The position numbers and the translations under genes are program-made. The notes beneath the pieces were generated by a model that made no database searches, was not told where the DNA came from, and saw nothing but the letters and a program-made list of their open reading frames with translations. This document shows positions 57,074-64,000 of a stretch of 64,000 bases of DNA, piece after piece. Source of the DNA: Octopus vulgaris (taxonomy: Eukaryota); NCBI GenBank assembly GCA_951406725.2, contig OX597826.1, forward strand, positions 44,206,001-44,270,000, read 5' to 3'. Each line of letters opens with the position of its first letter. The stretch's first letter is position 1.

Positions 57074-57403
57074 AGACCCCCTTCGGTCATGAATGACCAT
57101 GGGATTGCACCTAGAAAGTTATCTTCCTAGATACAAGTCCGGGCAAGGTTGTTTATGGAAGGCCAGCAGTCGCCCATGCATACCAGCCTCCCCTCTCCAC
57201 GCCACCAGTGTTATCCAAGGGAAAGACAAAGGTCGATACAGCTTGGAACCAGTGACGTCGCAACTCATTTCTACAGCTGAGTGAACTGGAGCAACGTGAA
57301 ATAAAGTGTTTTGCTCAAGAACACAATACGCAGCCCGGACCGGGATTCGAGCTCACAACCTCACGATCGTAAGCTCGACGCTCTAACCACTGAGCCATGC
57401 GCC

Positions 57404-57406
<3 letters not shown>
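57074..57406 (-). mobile_element. CORE-type SINE family A, full length
   Basis: tRNA-Arg(ACG)-like head GGCGCATGGCTCAGTGGTTAGAGCGTCGAGCTTACGATCG..., CORE-like domain and tail. Confidence 0.9.
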
Positions 57407-57458
<52 letters not shown>

Positions 57459-57517
57459 TGTATACATGTATATATACATATGTCTATATATATATACATA
57501 CATACGTACATACATAC

Positions 57518-57732
57518 GTGAAGGCACATGCCTCAATGGTTAGAACGTTGAGCTTACGATTGTGAGGTTGTGAGTTCGAATCCCGGACCGGACTGCGTGT
57601 TGTGTTCTTGAGGAAGACACTTCATTTCATGTTGCTCCAGTTCACTCAGCTGTTGAAATGAGCTACGGCGTCACAGGTACCAAGCTGTATCAGTCTTTGC
57701 TTTTCCCTTGGGTAACACTGGTGGCGTGGAGA
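57518..57732 (+). mobile_element. CORE-type SINE family A, 3'-truncated, head-to-head with the previous copy
   Basis: GTGAAGGCACATGCCTCAATGGTTAGAACG...GAGTTCGAATCCCGGACCGG...TGTTCTTGAGGAAGACACTT. Confidence 0.88.
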
Positions 57733-57740
57733 TATATATA

Positions 57741-58035
57741 CAGTGGTTAGGATAGCGGACTCGTGATTGTAGAATCATGGTTTCGATTCCCAGACCGGGC
57801 CTTGTGAGTGTTTATTCAGCGAAAACATCTAAATCTCCATGAGGCTCCGGCAGTGAATGGTGGCGATCCCTGCTTTACTTTTTCGCCCCAACTTTCTATC
57901 ACTCTTTCTTCTGTTGGCCTGCTCGCTTAGCTAGCGGTGTGGCGTCATTTGTAGGTTAAAACAATGCGAAGCGCATTGTGACCAGTGATGCGTAGCGACA
58001 TCTGATAGCCTGGTCAGTCACAGTGATCCCGGTGA
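57741..58035 (+). mobile_element. SINE family B
   Basis: CAGTGGTTAGGATAGCGGACTCG...GGTTTCGATTCCCAGACCGGGC; matches the reverse complement of 41762-42034. Confidence 0.85.
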
Positions 58036-58907
58036 TATATATATACATAGCTTCCCAACATTTCCTGTCTACAAAATTAACTCAGAAGGCTTTGGTCGGA
58101 ACTATATTAGAAGTCACTTGACCCAAAGTGCAGTACATAGGGACTAAACTCGGACTTACATAGTTGCAAAGGATTTTTTTTTATATATGAAGTATAATAA
58201 AATTCCTTCTTTTAAACAATTACTGTTCATTTGTATATTCGGGAAAATTTTGTTCCCTATTCTCATTCTAAAATTGTGAAAATCTTTGAAAGTAGAAACC
58301 CTTGTAGTCATCTGTGATACGAATTGCAATATACATATATTTTAAAAATATGAGTACTTTTTCTGTCGGTCTTGAGAGCGTAACTCTAATAAATTGACTT
58401 TTCGTTTTAAATCTATATTCACATATTCTGGTTTGGTGGTGATGGCCTACATTTTCGTTTCTCTCAGTGTACATTAAAAAATATGTTATCTGGACTATTC
58501 TCACAATTATTTAAACGACAAAAACAATTTTTATTAAATGTCCCTAAATATTAAATTTTAATGTGTAAATACCAAGAAAATTAAATCGCAACATTATAAA
58601 ACTACAAATATGAAAGACATAAAAAGATTTAATCATAGTAAAATATGGCAGCATGTCCTCATCCAATGATTTTGTTAATTTCTTATACAAATTCAATGTC
58701 GTGATGAGAAAATTGCTCCCCTCTCTCTCTATTCCTTCATATGGTTTTTTGCCCCTCTTTCTTCTTATATCTACACATGCTTCTCTTAAATATGTTGCTT
58801 CTCTGTCTCCTCTTTCCATACTTGCTATCTACCTCTTTCTGTTTACATACACAGATATACAGACACAAATACACGTACTCACACACACACGAGAACACCC
58901 ACACATG

Positions 58908-58946
<39 letters not shown>

Positions 58947-59776
58947 ACATACCCGCACACACAGTTATTCACAACCTATTTCGTAGTCTTGTGCTCTAAT
59001 CGTAATGCATTGTTCAAATATTTTCGTTCTGTATTGCTGTCGTCCGTATCGTTAATATGTTTTACAAGAATGGAGGTTGGAACAAGTGTGTGTATTATTT
59101 CTGCTGGTGCTAATATTGCTGCCGGTAAAAGTAGTTCATATTTTCATGGCTAACTGCTATACACAGTCTTCAGAGACACTGCTGTTATGAGATTTAGAAC
59201 GAACGTTAATGTCTAAAACACGTTTTACCTACAACAGACGACACTTTCTCTCTCTCTTTCTCTTACTCTCTTTCTCTATCTATCTCTCTTTCCTTCTCTC
59301 TGTATGCTGATTATACTGATAAGCTGTTAACACCATTATCGTTTTATTTTTTTTCGGCAGTCGCCATTACGGAAAGCAGACTGTTATCATAGTTTCGGAT
59401 AATAGCAGAAAAAAAATGGGCTCATTAAAATTTTAACTACTTACAAGACACAAGGAAATACTTTTGTAATCATACTTATACCAGTTATACTTCATCTAAT
59501 AGCTAGTATATTTGTCGCAGGTATACTTATTCTAATAACTAGCATACTTGTTGTTGGTATACCTGTTCTAATAACTAGTAATTCTAACATTCCTATTTCT
59601 TATTACTGCTAAAATCTCAACAGAACAGATTTATTTAATATATATCAGAGTTATAAAAACCATTCCTCGAATCAATGATCAAATTTATGAGTGAAAAGTG
59701 CTTCGGAGACTGTTTCCGAAGTCTGCTTTTCTGATTTCTGTTGCCTTTAGTCTTACGAGAAATATTTGTTTTGGGT

Positions 59777-59777
<1 letters not shown>

Positions 59778-59808
<31 letters not shown>

Positions 59809-60210
59809 TGTATGTATGTATGTATGTATGTATGTATGTATGTATGTATGTATGTATGTGTGTGTGTATGTATGTATGTGTGTCTGTATGTATGTATGTA
59901 TGTATGTATGTATGTATGTATGTATGTATGTGTCTGTGTGCCCTTGTCTAGACAACAAGTGATGGTCGTAAATGAGCATCATTGTCATACAAGTGATGTT
60001 GCTAGTTTCCAGTCCTCTGTGAAACATATGTCTGATCATGGGGAAACTGGGCAACTAATACCTTGTTTGGAAATAGGTAGGGGTTGGTGATAGAAAGGGC
60101 ATCCAAAAAGCAGCGCCGGCGTTGTGAACATTCTCGATTACACATACTCAAAGTATGTGTTTCTTTGTTCGCTGGTTCCCTCATAACATGGGGATATTAA
60201 AACACGTTGA
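59778..60210 (+). repeat. (TATG)n tract followed by a SINE 3' part with RTE-like tail
   Basis: GGGTTGGTGATAGAAAGGGCATCC resembles the RTE-type tail GGTTGGCGACAGGAAGGGCATCC. Confidence 0.5.
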
Positions 60211-60227
60211 ATTCATAGACAGTCAAC

Positions 60228-60329
<102 letters not shown>

Positions 60330-60332
60330 GTA

Positions 60333-60381
<49 letters not shown>

Positions 60382-60401
60382 GTATACATACATACTCCAA
60401 A

Positions 60402-60447
<46 letters not shown>

Positions 60448-61560
60448 CATACATACATACATACATACATACATACATACATACATACATACATACTTCA
60501 AATATATGTTTAATCACATCTGTAACAACTGGTTGATGTTCGCTATTGGAGAGAAAAGAGTGGATTTAGTTTCACAGACCTACTTGTCAGACAAATGATT
60601 TGATCTGAGATCATATGCTGAAAATCATCTTTAATTAATCATTTATTATATGATGCTAAAATTATTTTGACGCTACTAGTGACCTGGACACTGACGGAGT
60701 TTCACTATAATACTTCCTAAAATATGTCAGAACTACATAAAATTCTTCCGGTCATCCGCAAATGCGAGCCCTGTGAGTCAGAGGAGTTGTTCCCAGCGAT
60801 TCTCCCTTAACATTTTCTGGGCAAAACCTATTCCATTTTGTCTGCAGGGACTATGAAGACGGTCTTAATTACAGGAAATGAAAAGAATGTAAGAATTTCG
60901 TAATTAATTACATGGACAATAAACATATACAATCCATCTCACTTCAATATGCTACTATTTCCATCAAAATAATATTATTCATAGTCGCCATGTAAAAGAA
61001 AAAGAAAAAGTTAATAAGCAAATTGTCTGGAAAAATTGATATATAATTTATTTGTTTTCACCACTTCTTTAACCCACATATATTTGACGACTTAAACAAC
61101 TATTTTCTTATCTGAGAAACGCATTATAACATTAAAGTTGCTATCAACATCACTACCCAACATTCATCTGTGGCCCATTAACGGGCAATTAATAAAGTTA
61201 CTTGATCACAACTCATTCCTCACTCAGGCTTCCACTGTAAACGCCCTTTATAGTACATCACTGTAACATAATCATATATATGTGTTTGAGGATGTGCATG
61301 TATATATATATATATAGTAAACAGAACTATAAGCTTTCACCGTATATTGATTATAAAAAGTGGTCTAAAACCAGGGCATATAAACACCGATTAACGGGCG
61401 CACTAATGCCTATTTTTTTCCGTTACAGAGTTTATATGCCCTAATATTAAATTATTTTCTATAGCCAATATGCGGTGAAGGATTATTTCTATTTACAAAT
61501 TTTCACTCGCCGCCATTTCTTATTTCACGCAGAATATATATATATATATTTATATATTAT

Positions 61561-62020
<460 letters not shown>

Positions 62021-62597
62021 ATATATATATATATATATATATACAGGGAGTGAGAGAGAAAGACTAACAATGCAAGCCATATAAATTATCTTGAGACTAG
62101 ACACGTTTCGGTCACTCTTGGTCTCTTGCACCTGAAACGAAACTTCAGTCAATTTGAATAGTTGGCTGCCTTGCTTTGAAGATAACAGTACTGTTTATCA
62201 CACGTCAATTCACAGCCCATCATAAATTCACTTAACCGTTAATTTCAAAATACGAATTGAATATGGCCATTTAACTACATCCCTTTATGATAAGTACAAA
62301 TTGATTTGGTTGCTTTTGAAATCATGTTGTTTGATTGGTCACCAAGTTTAATACCTCCATCCTATTTGTTTCATACTGTTTGGTTCTGAATATATCTTCC
62401 CTCATAGATTCATCATATTTCACTGAAACATTTCGCAGAGTATCACCTGATGAAATGGAGTAGTTACGTAACGCTGTGAATATGTGTGGTTTTAACTGAT
62501 ATGTAACAGTTTCGTATTTGAGAATACCCTACACTGTTGAATCATGTGTAGAGTTGTTTTGAATAATCTATTCATTTTTGTTTACAATATGCATACA

Positions 62598-62900
62598 TGT
62601 TGTTTGTTCCTTCTCAAGCCATGCCTGGCTCATAAGGCCGGTTTCCCGGTTTCCTTAGCGTATAGGGCCCCCACCTGGACGGGACGCCGGTTCGTCGCAG
62701 GTGAGCTGCAAGATGCAGGAGGCACTAGTGAGAGAAACTTGTGGCGAAAGAGTCATCAGAGGTTCGCCATTACCTTCTGCAATAGCCGCGTGGAGTTTAG
62801 GTGTTTCACTCATAAACACACACATCGCCCGTTCTGAGATTCGAACCCGTGAACCCTCGAGCGCGTGTCCGCTGCTCTAACCACTAGGCCATGTGCCTCC
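62598..62900 (-). mobile_element. tRNA-derived SINE with family B-like head and a different 3' body
   Basis: Minus-strand head GGAGGCACATGGCCTAGTGGTTAGAGCAGCGGAC...GGGTTCGAATCTCAGAACGGGCGATGTGTGTGTTTATGAGTGAAACACCTAAACTCCACG. Confidence 0.8.
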
Positions 62901-63125
62901 CCAATATATATATACATATGTCTTGCATATTAGAAAACAAAGAAATATTTTACCCATCGTTAATTACCAGTTACAACTGTCTCTGTACCAGCTCTCTACC
63001 TTGGTGAAACTAGGATTTGCTACACGTAAAAAATGTCGGTAATAGTTTGGATCTAACTTTGTTTATAGCCCAGAACTCGGGTTGAGTGGTGCATTGGGAA
63101 TACCCTTACTTTCCACGCTACCAGG

Positions 63126-63222
<97 letters not shown>

Positions 63223-63413
63223 GAAATTACACACTCACGCACACACGCACACACATACACATATATACAGGGGATGCCATCGGTTATGAATGATAGCATC
63301 TAGAATGTTACCCTCCTACTACTTAGTCTAACCAAAAATTCCGGGAGCAGGGATAGAAATAGAGATGAAATGGACTTAGAGTGAGAGGGGAGAGAGATAG
63401 AGTAAAGGCGGAT

Positions 63414-63450
<37 letters not shown>

Positions 63451-63547
63451 CATAGGGCACAGCTTGTATGTATGAGAGGTTTGGGCTGCGTGAATCTTTG
63501 GACGAATTTTTCTATTTTGGCCTGGATTACTTAATGCCTAGTAATTT

Positions 63548-63752
63548 AATTTGATAGACGGAAACTGTGCAGAAACCTATCGTTTGTCACAGTGATAACC
63601 GGTGTAGATTTGCATGAGTCCCTATAATTTAGCAGACCAACAAAATAAAATTTTGAAATTGTAGTGGTCTCGATCTAGTCGACAACGAAAGCTGTCAAGG
63701 CAGTGTTCTAGCGTGGCTGATGCCTAACAACTGTGACAACTTAAAGAATAAA
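63548..63752 (+). mobile_element. SINE family D, old partial copy
   Basis: TTTGATAGACGGAAACTG...CAAGGCAGTGTTCTAGCGTGGCTG...AAAGAATAA. Confidence 0.55.
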
Positions 63753-64000
63753 CCAATAAAACATAAATATATGCAAAGATTTGTAGATGTATGAAATTAT
63801 ACGTTGATATCCTTCATAAAAGGCATCAGAAATTATACTAGCTAGAGGTAAGAATCTTATTAGTGAATGAGTTTTCTATATTGTGCGTGTGCATGTGTAT
63901 ATATATATACATATATATATATACATACACACACATGCATATATATATGCACATGTATATCCATATAACTCTCCATCCCGCCCTCTCCATCTCTCTCTCT

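Noticed and set aside
57335-57600. tRNA-Arg-like sequences (also tRNA-like heads near 41990, 61655 and 62850)
   Set aside because: They lack a proper acceptor stem and run into SINE bodies, so they are SINE heads, not tRNA genes.

Overview
AT-rich eukaryotic DNA with very dense microsatellites. The repeat content (tRNA-derived CORE-type and Nin/Deu-type SINEs, Penelope, R4/Dong, Tx1-like and Tc1/mariner relics) points to an octopus or other coleoid cephalopod genome; this is an inference. No intact host gene, rRNA, true tRNA or CRISPR array is supportable, and most listed ORFs are simple-repeat artefacts. The only protein signatures are decayed transposon fragments. The most notable signal is a set of unrelated short non-coding hairpin (inverted-repeat) elements, each carrying a minimal Penelope-type hammerhead ribozyme motif: 3294-3541, 11472-12369, 12541-12820, 54524-54915 and 61561-62020, plus weaker solo motifs. 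One has an apparently intact U3:A8 compensated core at the apex of a ~120-bp stem. One is fused to a tRNA-derived Pol III head. Two show strongly one-directional A/G arm differences, suggesting ADAR-edited hairpin RNA copied back into DNA or selection for G-U pairs. All alignments were done by eye and boundaries of decayed repeats are approximate.
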